A stretch of DNA of 62,296 nt, the filler included, from Globobulimina sp. (lineage: Eukaryota): the NCBI GenBank assembly GCA_003354225.1. It is 36 parts of 36 records of this genome, joined end to end, with 100 filler letters (N's around TTAATTAATTAA, not from the genome) between each part and the next. Parts side by side here need not be neighbours in the genome. Positions count along the whole stretch, not along the records: positions 34,679 to 36,311 come from PIVH01013838.1; positions 36,412 to 38,044 come from PIVH01013839.1; positions 38,145 to 39,777 come from PIVH01013840.1; positions 39,878 to 41,510 come from PIVH01013841.1; positions 41,611 to 43,243 come from PIVH01013842.1; positions 43,344 to 44,976 come from PIVH01013843.1; positions 45,077 to 46,708 come from PIVH01013844.1; positions 46,809 to 48,440 come from PIVH01013845.1; 28 more parts are not named here. One strand, 5' to 3'. Below the pieces are notes generated by a model, which searched no databases, was not told the DNA's origin, and saw only the letters and a program-made list of their open reading frames with translations. The position numbers and the translations under genes are program-made. Every line of letters starts with the position of its first letter. Within the stretch, counting starts at the first letter, position 1. Of this stretch, positions 34,912 through 47,110 are shown in pieces.

Positions 34912-36311
34912 CTATGTGGAGTTATTCGGAGTTATTTCATATCTCAGTGTCGCACTCCATTCTTGTAATAAAAGGAAGTCGATTTGTCGAGATTGCATTA
35001 TTTGATATAGTCTCCGACATTTATCTTCTTGTGACATATTAGTTGGGCCTATTAGCCCACTTACGTTATATTGCAATATATTGTATTTTACCATTTTGAG
35101 AGAGTGTCTAGTGGCAAATTGTGGGTGTAATTATTTTTACTTTGTGTTCCTTTTCGTGAATTTAAAACTGTGCCGTCAAAACTAAACAATTGCAATTGAA
35201 ATATTATTTGATAGAATGAATTATTGGGGGGCTTAAAATAAAAGTCATATACAGGTAAAGTAGAGTATTTTGCAGATATTATCAGATTGCAATGGGAAAG
35301 AATCACAATTAGCAGATCTGTAAAAGCAAAATGGTCTCTGTCTTTTTTATTTTCAATCACAAAAATAACGGAATTGTATAGTGGAGAATAATAAAAAGGA
35401 AAAACTAAGAAAATTATTAAGATAATTAAGTGAAAATAGAGTAAATTATTATATATAATACAAATCGGACATTGACTGGTTGCTAATTTTAGTGTGGTAA
35501 TAAACAACTTTTTAATCATTTTTTAATTCTTTTTATCGGTACTTTGGAGGTTCTTCTTTTTGGGGTTTTATCTTTTCGTTTTTGTCGATTGTTTTTGAAC
35601 GGTAAAATATTTGCGATCTTTTTCTGATTGGTAGATTTCTCCATTTTCTCACTTTGCATATTTACACCAAAAGTCTCCGCTGTTTTGCTTCTTTGTTTTC
35701 TGAATTTCGGTGCGGAGTTAATAAAATGTCTGATCTCAGTTTGTAATAAAATGTCTGATCTCATCGGTGCGGAGTTATTATTATTGGAGGGATTTGGGTT
35801 ATTATCTCGTTGGGAATTATTATTTTTGTTATTGGTATTATTTTGGAGGGCCGCTTCGCAAAAAGTCTCTTGTTTTTTCTCTTCGTTTTGATTATTTATA
35901 TTTAATATTGTTTGATTGTTTGAATTGGAATCAATGATTTTAAATAACTCCGATAACTCCAATGAACTGTTAACTTGGCAATGTATTAATTTATAATGAT
36001 CAATATTCGCTAAATTAATATCATTCCAATTTGAAATAATATTATTCAAATTTTCAAATAATTTAACCAAATTGAATGAATCTGAGCAAATTAAAATATT
36101 TAAAGTCCGAATATGCCGCGATTTATGGCAGCAAATACACGACGGCTCATCGCATTTAAATCCATAATAACATGTCCCCAATGGCCACATTTAATGCATT
36201 TAATTGATTTAATTTTATTTATCTCAATCTCCGCCTGTTTCTGCGTAATTTTCCCTTTTTTGCATCGCTGTTTAATATTAATTATATTTTGCCTTTTTTG
36301 CATCGCTGCGT
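34912..36311 (-). mobile_element. Truncated non-LTR (LINE-like) retrotransposon: zinc-finger ORFs, an intervening ORF and the start of an APE-endonuclease ORF
   Basis: ORF 35094-34912 begins NILQYNVSGL...IDFLLLQEW (APE/EEP N-terminus). Upstream overlapping intronless ORFs carry CIKCGHWGH and CYYGFKCDEPSCICCH. No RT domain is in view. Confidence 0.6.
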
Positions 36312-36411
36312 NNNNNNNNNNNNNNNNNNNNNNNNNNNNNNNNNNNNNNNNNNNNTTAATTAATTAANNNNNNNNNNNNNNNNNNNNNNNNNNNNNNNNN
36401 NNNNNNNNNNN

Positions 36412-36656
36412 CCACAAATAATATATTGGCATTGGCTTCATTTGATAAAACCATCAAATTGTTTGATGTCCGGACATGGCAAATATTGTACTCAGATACA
36501 TTCAAATTGCAGCCATATTCATTGCATTTGACTTCCGATGCTAAGTATGTGACTATCGGAGGTGGCTACGGTGAGAGTTGTCTTGTATGGAAAATTGAGT
36601 CAACAGATGGAGTAAACAAATGGAGGCAATTGAGTCAACAACTCGCTATTTCGTAA
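36412..36656 (+). CDS. WD40-repeat protein C-terminal fragment
   Basis: LASFDKTIKLFDVRT motif. Confidence 0.75.
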
Positions 36657-37309
36657 ATATTAAACAAAACAAATTACTTTTTATGTTTAATTTAGGATTG
36701 AATGAATTTTTTTTTTTTATTCACTGTAATTTATTGCAGTGATCGGATTTCAACTTTTGCAGTTAATCGCTCAATAGTATGTCTTTTAGACTGGACATTT
36801 TGTAGTCTATTGATCATTTATAATTATAATGACAATAACAATACACATTAATTGTATGTCTTGCTGATTCATTTTTTTGTATTCTTTGTTTACTCATTCA
36901 GAGACAAGCAACGTTGCTGTACTTATTTTTCTGTGTTGGGAGAATGTGCATTTCTTGGCGAACAAAAAGATCTATTTAAGCTGGTTTTAATCTTAACGTG
37001 TTTCCGAAAACAACGTTTTTGATCGAGGAAGCCTCCCCGAGATCAAAAACTTGTTTTCGGAAACACGTTACTCGCCGAGAAATCAAAACAATTGGAATAC
37101 AACTTTTTATTGCAAAAAATGACCATACAATGCTAGAGCTTTTAGTAACAAATACACCTTCCTTTGCACCAATATTATATCCAACCACTGAACCATCCAT
37201 AAATCCAACTTGGAACCAACAGTCAAATTCCATCCTTTTCACCTAATTCACAAATCCAAGCATCCTACTTTAATATATAAATTGCGGCATTTTCAAGAAA
37301 TAATTTATT

Positions 37310-37665
37310 TTACAAAATATTTAACATCACTTAATGAAATAGGACCACATTCGCGTTGATATGGATCCTTATAAAGCCATTGTTTTAATATTTTCTAAAT
37401 TATTTTTTGTTAATTTAATATTTTTATCATTCATATTTTCTATGTGTTGAATGGTTGCGTTTCTATCAATAAATGGAAAAACACCGCGTAGTTCGCCGCA
37501 CATTTTTAAATATCGGAATTCTTTGCTTCCATTTAAAAATATTATCGTGTTTTGATTAATTTTATTTTCATTGAATTGTTTGACTAATTCCCATCGAGTG
37601 TAGGGACCGTTGGTGTTGCTGTCGCATAAAATAAACCATTCTTCATCAAATTTTTCATCTTTTTC
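37310..37665 (-). pseudogene. Degenerate tandem GYF-like domains with several frameshifts and stops
   Basis: EEWFY/LCDSNTNGPYTRWELVKQFNENKINQNTIIFLNG and KQWLYKDPYQRECGPISLSDVK are readable only across frame changes. Confidence 0.55.
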
Positions 37666-38144
37666 AATGTGTTATTATTGACAATATTAATATTATTATT
37701 TGTGGGTTGTGGCTCTGCATTGCCATTGTTTGTATGTTGGATTTTATTCGGATGGTCTTATTTTGAATGTTATTGTTTTTGTTATTATTCGATGTTATTA
37801 ATATGTGTCATTATCGTATTACTTTATTGGTATTAGTTATTATGAATAAATAAAATGGATACAAGATATACAATGGATAGAAAATATCAGAAACAAAAGT
37901 GGTTAAAACAACAAAAAATAGACAACCAAATTATTTACATTTTTATAATTAATTTACGAAACAATCATTTTATTAATGCTTGCAATTCATTCTGTTTATC
38001 AGTATCAGTTCCATCTGTTCCTTCCATTACATTCTTATTTCCCTNNNNNNNNNNNNNNNNNNNNNNNNNNNNNNNNNNNNNNNNNNNNTTAATTAATTAA
38101 NNNNNNNNNNNNNNNNNNNNNNNNNNNNNNNNNNNNNNNNNNNN

Positions 38145-39777
38145 TTGATGGAATTTATTCAAAGATAATCCGATGGGACTACGAAGAAAAAAACGCAAAT
38201 AAAATATCAATTATTATCCTATCCGATGATGAAATTAAGGCGGAATCAAAAATAAATGATGAAACACATTCAGTCATTGGTAATATAGATATTTGTCCAA
38301 TATTTGATATGAATTATCATTTAATAACTTGGTTATCATGGAATAGGAAAGCAAATATGTTTGAATATGATTTATATTCAAAAGTATTCCATAATTACGG
38401 CAGTCAGTCCCCACATGAATTTATTGTAAATACACCAACATCAAAATTAATATCATCACCCAGTACAACACCAATTTATTTATCCGGTGCAGCAGATGGA
38501 GCATCAATGTTTTTTATCGCAATCTGGTCGGTTTATGACGATATAAGTGAGGTAACCGGCATATATGGCAAATTATTAAATGGCTCTCAATGTATCATCA
38601 ATGAAACAGTAATGGATAATGGTATCGATGTATATGATTATAATCCATCGGCGGGTGAATATTTAAATAAATATAAGAACGAAGAAGGAGATGTAACATA
38701 TTTAATGAATGATTATATGCTTTTGGTTTGGAATGCAAATCAAAAGGAAATCCATTGTGTCATCTATTATGTTGATATGATTAATGCACAATTTGTAAAT
38801 GTTTATGATTTACAGGTAACCGACGGAGGAGAAGAAAATGTTATTTATACTTACAACAATCCGAAAGTTGATACAGTTTCTTGTTATGACTCGGATATAA
38901 ATTATAAGGATATTAGAAATATAGAGAATGAAATAAATATAAATCAATGTGATATTTCAATTTGTTATCAAAGGAATTCAAAAACAGTTTGTTCATTTTG
39001 GAGTATTCATTCCCAAAAAGGGAATATTTCCGTGGATAAATATTATAAAAATGATGTGCAAATTACCGAAGCGGAAGATAGAAATAATAATAATTCGACC
39101 ATGGTGCCAGATATGTGTAGTTGGAACAGATACTATCAAGATTTGAGTAATCCGTTAAATGGGAAATTATTAATTGTGGAGCAAGTGTTTGAAGGAAATA
39201 ATGGATTTGCTATTTATGGCACAGTTATGAAATATGATAATTGGAGTCTTGAAAATCCAGATACAAAATATGCGGCACATCATAATCCACCGTCTATCGG
39301 TATAATAATTGTCTGTATCATTGTATTTTTAATATTTGGCGGTGGGGTATTTTATGCAGTTTATTATAGACAGTGTAAAAATAAAAATGTGGGAATAAAA
39401 AATGAAATTGAGGCAGTAAATAAAAAAATTGTAAGTAAATTAAGGAAATTAAATCCTATAAATAAACATAGACATCATATGGAAGTGAGTGGTGTTGATA
39501 CAGATGATGAGGTGAATGATGATACGGATAATTTAGAATTGGGAAATAATGCTAATACAAAAACAGTGAATGATAAAAAAAGAAATGAGCAGTTTCAAAT
39601 CAGTAATGACAGCGACAGCGATACTGATAGTTCGAGTGTTGGTGGTATTGGAGGTGGTATTGGCGGTGCTATAAATATTGGAGATTTATCAGATGACAAT
39701 AATGCAATTGCAAATATTAATAATGACCTGAATCAACAAAATGATGATAGTCCAAGTGATTTACATGATAGCTCATT
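38145..39777 (+). CDS. Type I single-pass membrane protein, partial
   Basis: Frame open across the whole contig, with TM helix IGIIIVCIIVFLIFGGGVFYAVYY and an acidic low-complexity tail. Confidence 0.75.
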
Positions 39778-39877
39778 NNNNNNNNNNNNNNNNNNNNNNN
39801 NNNNNNNNNNNNNNNNNNNNNTTAATTAATTAANNNNNNNNNNNNNNNNNNNNNNNNNNNNNNNNNNNNNNNNNNNN

Positions 39878-40100
39878 GACATAGAGCATTTGAAGGAGGA
39901 TTTGATGGAATGGAGTGACTAAGGTTGCCTTTCATGGCGGGAGTAAGCCTGACATCGCTGATCTGATGTGTTTTGTGATTTTGAGAACGTTTAAGGATAT
40001 TCCGCTGATTCAAGTCTTGATTAAAGAGCCAGGATTGCAGGAGTGGTATGATACTGTCGAGGAAATGGTTGGACCTCATTCTTGTGTTACACATGCTTAA
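39878..40100 (+). CDS. GST C-terminal / prostaglandin E synthase 2-like fragment
   Basis: FHGGSKPDIADLMCFVILR...WYDTVEEMVG; a frame break appears near 39915. Confidence 0.6.
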
Positions 40101-40268
40101 ATTTAATTTGTTTTTTTTTTGTTTTTGAAGTGACAAAGCCTGATCTGTGCAAGTCTGAAAGCGTAAAAGAGAAATGCGCGCTGTGTCAACAGCTACTGAC
40201 TCGATTATGATTCGGTGAATGCATATTTATAGATCTTTATCTCACGAAAACCTCTCAAAAAACTCTTT

Positions 40269-41102
40269 TTGTCTCTTTACGAAAAGCACCTGAGTATTCT
40301 CACTTCTCATCTCGTTATTGGACCGCTAACTATGGATCTAAAATTGACAACGTTGTCTTCGTTGATAAGTCAATTATGTCAATCTAAAATCTCATTTTTA
40401 TTCGTTTCAATTTCTATTACAATGTATTCATTCTCATATCAATACAGTATTTATCAAACAGCAGCATTTATAAATTGCTTTGGTGCAATATTAATTCTCA
40501 GTTTTCTTTGTTATTTTTTATTAAATACAGACGAGTTGGTCGAAGTTCTAATCAACAAAAGAAGAGATTCAATCATTTCGACATTGATAATACCAAAATC
40601 CGTACAAAAAACACGTAATCCCTTGGGTTCATTTTCCGAAATCATTGGTCTTGATGCAATTTTAACTTTATCCAAAATATTCGAATATTCAGAAAATGAA
40701 CAAAATGACTTTTCAATATTTAATCATCTCGATTTACTGTGGATGGTGATTGGGTTATGTGGAACGTGGATCGTATTCACGTACAGTTTAGAACAGAATT
40801 CATTGGACACACAACAAAATATAATGCATTTTTTCGGTGCTTTACTATATGTCTTAGGTTCGATTTTATCTCTTTTGTATCAACATAATTGGAGCATACA
40901 ATGTTTATTGGTATCAGCAATTATTGTCATGGCAATTATGGCATTTGTTATACTATCGGCGAATTTCAAATATTCAATCATAGATCTCTTCAACATAAAG
41001 AGTGTCAGTGTTTATCATCAAAGTATATATTTAATTATCTCCGAATGTGTCGCTTTGTTTCTCTGTATGGGATGCACTATTGTCGTGTTGTATAATATGT
41101 AA
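40269..41102 (+). CDS. Multi-pass membrane hypothetical protein
   Basis: 277-aa ORF with about 6-7 hydrophobic helices and an MHFFGA motif. Confidence 0.65.
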   Translation: MSLYEKHLSILTSHLVIGPLTMDLKLTTLSSLISQLCQSKISFLFVSISITMYSFSYQYSIYQTAAFINCFGAILILSFLCYFLLNTDELVEVLINKRRDSIISTLIIPKSVQKTRNPLGSFSEIIGLDAILTLSKIFEYSENEQNDFSIFNHLDLLWMVIGLCGTWIVFTYSLEQNSLDTQQNIMHFFGALLYVLGSILSLLYQHNWSIQCLLVSAIIVMAIMAFVILSANFKYSIIDLFNIKSVSVYHQSIYLIISECVALFLCMGCTIVVLYNM

Positions 41103-41250
41103 ATATTCCTGATGATGGCAAATTGTTCTCCAAAAAAACTTTGAGCTTAATTTCTAAAGTCTGAAAAGGTAAATGAATCTTTCCCCGTTGATTTCTGACT
41201 ATTTTTCACAAGAAACTATTAAACTCTATTTAAATACATCAGATTCAAAG

Positions 41251-41347
41251 CATTGTTTACCAATGGAATTGATCGGAATTGTGAATCGATTGCCGTGCAT
41301 GGGAAATAGCCATAATCATTGTTTACCAATGGGATTGATCGGAATTG
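41251..41347. repeat. Two 31-bp near-identical direct repeats, period 66 bp
   Basis: CATTGTTTACCAATGGRATTGATCGGAATTG at 41251 and 41317. A second pair, AATTATATCAGTTTAATCG, lies at ~41435 and ~41492. Confidence 0.8.
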
Positions 41348-41641
41348 AATAGTTGTCTCTATTGCCGGTCTCATACTCTTTACATGACTTTGAATCCATC
41401 TTTTTTTTTGTTTGTCATAGTTTGCTTTACGCTGAATTATATCAGTTTAATCGGAATTTACTCCGACCTGAATAATTCACTCTTTTTCAATAATTATATC
41501 AGTTTAATCGNNNNNNNNNNNNNNNNNNNNNNNNNNNNNNNNNNNNNNNNNNNNTTAATTAATTAANNNNNNNNNNNNNNNNNNNNNNNNNNNNNNNNNN
41601 NNNNNNNNNNTAATATTATAAATAAGAAAAAAAAAGAAAGC

Positions 41642-42913
41642 TCAATTCGCTAAAACAGTTTGTATTTCTGACCAAAATTGCGGATCAATATCCAATGTAT
41701 TTGTTTGATGTTTGTTTGTTTTGATTTTAAAAAGGAACTGATTAATTGTGCCAGTAATGTCTTTCCCAAAATGTTTGTTTAACATAGCAGTAATAAATGG
41801 AGCCTGCATTTTATATTTCCAAACTTGATAAAACTTATCACATTCAATTAATAGGTGATCGTAAATAAATTGATTTATTGGTTTATAGTTTGGCGATTTT
41901 AAGACGATGTAATAAAACCTTGTTCGTAATTCATTTTGTTTGATTTTATTGATTTTTGGATCAAAATAACACATCGCACAAATAATTAAACAGCCAATAA
42001 ACTCAATGAATAATTTACAAAAGAATGCATAATAAATAACAGTATGATTATTGTATAAATCTAAGCCATCACTAAAGAATAATAATCGTATCATTGATAA
42101 ATTTATTGCAATCGCATAGCATCGAAATGTAAATCGATGATAAATGCGTTGTTTATTTAATTCTGACTCAACACATGAAAAATAAATCGATTCCGCGCGA
42201 AATCCATAGTTTTTATTCATTTGTAGGCCATGGTCCAAATTCAATAATTTCTTATCCAAATTTATTTGTAGTTTATCGTAAATTGTTACATTATTTACCT
42301 TTTTATTTTGTTTTTTTAGTGAATAAAGCTGTAATTTATAACATAATTTTGATAAAAAATGATTAATGGCCAGCAAACGTAAATATTTATCATTTGTATC
42401 AGCTTTTGTATCATATGTTGATATTATGTTATTTATAAAATATGTGATTCGCGATTTGAATCGATAATAATATGTGTAATTTAGTAAAGTTACAATAGGA
42501 TACATGATGGCGATGCTATTTATTGTTCCAAATAAATTTAATAAAAAAAACATTGAAACTGTCCTCATTATACATTTAGCACTGATATGCATCTCTTGTA
42601 ATAATATCTGACTCGTTATCACTGATATTAGCAATAACCAGTTTATTGTATACACAATCAACGAAACAGTATCTGTTTTTAGATCAAAATATAAATATTC
42701 AGTGAGAGGAAAGAGGAATACCCGACCGATTACAACGCAGTACACCATAAAAAAAATAAAATTCAAAAAAATAACAAACGCAAATGCCACAAAAGCATGT
42801 TGGTTTATTTTTTTGCTGTATGCTAATAGGTCATTATCTATTTCATGATCAAATGTTTTATCCTTTGTTTCGATCTTTTCTTTGACGTCTATAGAACCAT
42901 TATCATTATCCAT
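41642..42913 (-). CDS. Multi-pass membrane hypothetical protein
   Basis: Long ORF with about 6 TM segments and a C-terminal FGKDITGTINQFL motif. Confidence 0.65.
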   Translation of the reverse strand: MDNDNGSIDVKEKIETKDKTFDHEIDNDLLAYSKKINQHAFVAFAFVIFLNFIFFMVYCVVIGRVFLFPLTEYLYFDLKTDTVSLIVYTINWLLLISVITSQILLQEMHISAKCIMRTVSMFFLLNLFGTINSIAIMYPIVTLLNYTYYYRFKSRITYFINNIISTYDTKADTNDKYLRLLAINHFLSKLCYKLQLYSLKKQNKKVNNVTIYDKLQINLDKKLLNLDHGLQMNKNYGFRAESIYFSCVESELNKQRIYHRFTFRCYAIAINLSMIRLLFFSDGLDLYNNHTVIYYAFFCKLFIEFIGCLIICAMCYFDPKINKIKQNELRTRFYYIVLKSPNYKPINQFIYDHLLIECDKFYQVWKYKMQAPFITAMLNKHFGKDITGTINQFLFKIKTNKHQTNTLDIDPQFWSEIQTVLAN

Positions 42914-43343
42914 GTACTTGCAAAAAAACCTTGTTGCTAAATAGTAACTAAAAAGACGTGTTAGAAACACTGCGTTAGAAAACATTTGGAAAAATGAACC
43001 AGCTCCAACAAAGCGACTAGCTTTCGAATGTGCGAATTTTTAAAATGAAGTGTTTCTAACCGTCTTTTAGGACGGAGTTTTGCGGATATATTAATTGGTT
43101 CAATTTTGGTGTTTTTGAGAGTTAAGAAATTGAATCTGGATATTAATAGTTTTGGAAAAATAAAGCAAATAATATTCATATTGAATTGAAAAAAAAATAT
43201 TGGCATAATAACAATCATTGTGGATAAAAATCAGAACTAACACNNNNNNNNNNNNNNNNNNNNNNNNNNNNNNNNNNNNNNNNNNNNTTAATTAATTAAN
43301 NNNNNNNNNNNNNNNNNNNNNNNNNNNNNNNNNNNNNNNNNNN

Positions 43344-44976
43344 ATCCCCGCCACAACGCCCCCATGCAATTCATCCCTCCGCCTCCCCATTATCAGCACC
43401 TACACCCTCACCCTCACCGTCACCCACATCCGCATCCATTGCCACTACACACACTCAACACTCTAAACAACACCAACCATACACCGGATTACAACCCAAT
43501 CCCCAACACCTCCCATCCACCACCTTTAACCCACGAAAACGACATCGTGTCGCAAGACTTAAACGACATCAATACCTCCACCGGCACCTCCAACGACGAC
43601 AGTGGCGGCATCGAGTCAAACTCAACCAACTCAAATCCAAATAAAACGCATCCACATATCCCATCCTTGCACGGCGAGAAAACCACTGCCACAGTGGATG
43701 CCGATGGCGATGAAGATATAGATTTAAACGATGCAAACACAAATAGACGCAATACACATAACACACATAACACGCATGGCCCATTTGGCGGGATCTATGC
43801 CGATACGTTGAACAATGTGCCATCGGGTAATCCGCATACATTGCATACTCCCTTTGGTGGCAATATTGGCAATATCAACGGACATGACATGGATAGGAAA
43901 GTGAACAAATTGTCCTATTATGGAATAATGCCTTCTCCGTTTATGCCACCACCGCCACCGACACAGCATGCCGTATATAATGAGCACCATCCGCAGGAAG
44001 TTAAGGATCCGGCGAATAATGGAGGCAATGGCGGCCATGCACATGCACATAGTCACAATCCTGGGCCTGGTCCCGGGCCGGGACTTGGTTGGCAATTCGC
44101 ATTGTTACCACAGCAAATTCCAAATATAAACCCTATGTTCGGGCATCATCCGGCGTATTTACCCAACGATGCGTATTTAAGACGAGTATGTCAAACTATT
44201 TTATGTTGTTTTTGATCTTCGAGTGCAAGGATCACCAAATTATTTGTGAGTGTGTTTCAATTTGAAAGTGTCATCGTTTTTCAGTTGGAAAACACATTTT
44301 TTTTTTGTTTCAAACTCATTTTATGCACAGAAATCTTAAATATTTTATGTTTTTGTGTGTTGTTTTCAGCCAAATTATGGGGAACAAGGAATGGTGGATG
44401 TACCTCATGTAACTGCTCAATTATCGGAAGATATGGATACAAACAACAAACATCCATCCATATCAATGTTACTTGCGAGCTCAAACCCAAATAACAGCAA
44501 TATGGCTCCCACCCATTCGAACCAGCCAGCTTTGAATATCCAACATGGCCTAAACACCAACAACCACATAAATCTCAACAATACGCACTCTCCATCCAAG
44601 TCAGATTCGTCGCACAGAGAATCGTCCAATCACAAAAAAGACGCACATGGACATCACAAGAAAAAGCGCAAACATCGAAAACATAGGGAACATAAACGCG
44701 ATCGAAAGGAAAAAAGAAAACACGGTCACAAAAGCAATCGGGAAGACACCAAATCAAAATATGTGTCCATCCGCGGCAATGCAGGTACTGTAACTGTGCG
44801 CGACATGGCCAGCATGCATTTTTGAGTGTGGCTTTACTTTGAAATGTTTTGAGTGAAAAGCACTTCGCCATTTCATTTCTAGCCTTGCACTTTTTTCTGA
44901 GCTCAAAAACACTTTAAAACACACACAAAAATAGGCCACGATAACGAACAGAGTGTGAAAGGTGGCGCCGGCAATG
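43344..44976 (+). CDS. His/Pro/Asn-rich low-complexity protein, partial; introns 44186-44369 and 44785-44934
   Basis: Exons join in frame through GT-AG introns; basic NLS-like tract. Confidence 0.7.
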
Positions 44977-45076
44977 NNNNNNNNNNNNNNNNNNNNNNNN
45001 NNNNNNNNNNNNNNNNNNNNTTAATTAATTAANNNNNNNNNNNNNNNNNNNNNNNNNNNNNNNNNNNNNNNNNNNN

Positions 45077-46708
45077 TTGCCTTCAGTTATAAAAAGGTGG
45101 AACGCAATCAATATGCACAAAGTGTGAAGAAAATAACCCGGGAAAATCGGTATTGGAATAAATTCCGTCCGAAATACGAAGATAAATTACATTTAAATGT
45201 ACCGTTTTTACGTTTTTTATCAACGTCGCCTTACGATTGCGTGGTCTGCAGTCATTTTGACGTTCGTCTATTCAAAAGTGACACATTTAGGTCTTACAAA
45301 AGATTGGGTTTCAACAATCAGCCATTGGTTGCCGACATTCGCTCAGACAGCCAATTATTGGCAGTGGGTGGCAAAAACGGTTTATTGCGAATCTATAATA
45401 ATTCAAATTCAACCGGTTTAGCGGCCATGCGAGGGTTATACGGCCATAATGGCGATATCCATCAAATTAAATTTGATCCATTCGATACCACCAAAATTGT
45501 CTCATTTTCCAATGACAAAACCTGTGGTTACTGGGATATTGCTAGTTCTTCGAGAATCGCCACCATTAAAGACGCACATCAAGATTTTATAAGAAGCGGT
45601 GATTGGATTCATAACCAACGCTCATTGATAATCTCTGCTTCTTATGATCATTTATGCAAATTATGGGACTTGCGAGATGTGGATGGAAATGATCGGTTCA
45701 CTGCGTGTTTCAACCACAACCTCCCGATCGAATCCTGTCTATCCATTCCAAACAGTGATTTAATTGCCATTGCAGGCGGTCCAAATGTGAGTATTTGGTC
45801 GATTCGTAAAGCAGATAAACCCTTAAAAGTGATCAACATTCATCGCAAATCTGTAACGTGCCTCGCTGTCAACAAAGAGGGCACTCGATTATTAAGTGGA
45901 TGCTTGGATAATTACATTCGTGTATTCACCATCAATGCGTCCGCCAGCAATGCACATTCATTCAGTAATACACATTCATTTAGTGCACCGTCAGCAATTC
46001 TAGCACTTGATATGAGTAATGATAATAAAATGATTGCTGCCGGCACATTAAATGACGGAATCATCGTTCGTTCATCAGTAAAGGAACCGGCATTGGAAGG
46101 TATTACGCCGTTGGGAGAAAGAAAAGAAATGAGACGTGGTTCAGCGGCGTGGCTTAACCGTGGACAAAACAAGAAAAAGTTGCGTGGAAATAAGACTAAT
46201 TCGATGTTTGTTGAATTTAAAAGTAAAAAGTCATTAAAAAAATATGACATCGCGTTAAAACAATTTCGATACAGTGATGCCTTGGATTGTGCGCTATTAT
46301 GTGGCGACACGTTGACTGTGGACAGTGTGTTTGAAGATTTATGGAGAAGGAATGGATTGGAAATTGCATTGGGTGGGAGGGATAATAAACGGTTATTGCC
46401 AATTTTAGAATATTTAGTTTACTCATTGCCGCATCCACATTTAACACAAATGTCATTGCATATTACTGCCATTGTTATTGATTCGTATCAAAGTATTATT
46501 GGTTTATCAAATGATATTGATCATTTATTCCAACTTATCTCGCAAAATATCAATAATATGATTATGAAATATAAAATATTATTAAAATTACAAGGGAGCA
46601 TAGAGATGATATTATCTTCACAGGATATTATCGCAAATCCGTTACCACAAAAAATGCTAAATTTAGCTTGTAAAATAAATAAACAAATTGATGCTAAAAT
46701 AAAGACAA
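45077..46708 (+). CDS. UTP15: U3 snoRNA-associated protein 15 (WD40 + UTP15_C), partial
   Basis: ENRYW N-terminal motif, WD40 repeats (IRSDSQLLAVG, AHQDFIRSG, HRKSVTCL) and LKKYDIALKQFRYSDALD...LWRRNGLEIALGGRD. Confidence 0.93.
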
Positions 46709-47110
46709 NNNNNNNNNNNNNNNNNNNNNNNNNNNNNNNNNNNNNNNNNNNNTTAATTAATTAANNNNNNNNNNNNNNNNNNNNNNNNNNNNNNNNNNNN
46801 NNNNNNNNTTACATTGTACAACATTTATTTAATATACCAATTCATGAACAAGGATGGATTGTTAATTCACAAATTATTGATTACTTTGACGAACATGCTG
46901 CCAAAAACATTTTTCAATCTCAATCAAATCTCATATTGTACTCTAAAGTGAAATAAACGCATTTTCATATATTTGCATGCACGGATACACACTGCTTGTG
47001 ATCTGACATTTTTATTCACGAAGCAGACTTTTTTTTTCTGTTAGTTATAGCCATAAACAATGTCAACTTTTTTTTTCCCTTCGATTTCAGTTGTTATAAA
47101 ACATAAATGA

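Noticed and set aside
41251-41347. 31-bp repeat with a 35-nt spacer as a mini CRISPR array
   Set aside because: Only two copies, the sequences after each repeat share ATTGCCG (a decayed 66-bp tandem duplication), the context is eukaryotic, and there are no cas genes.
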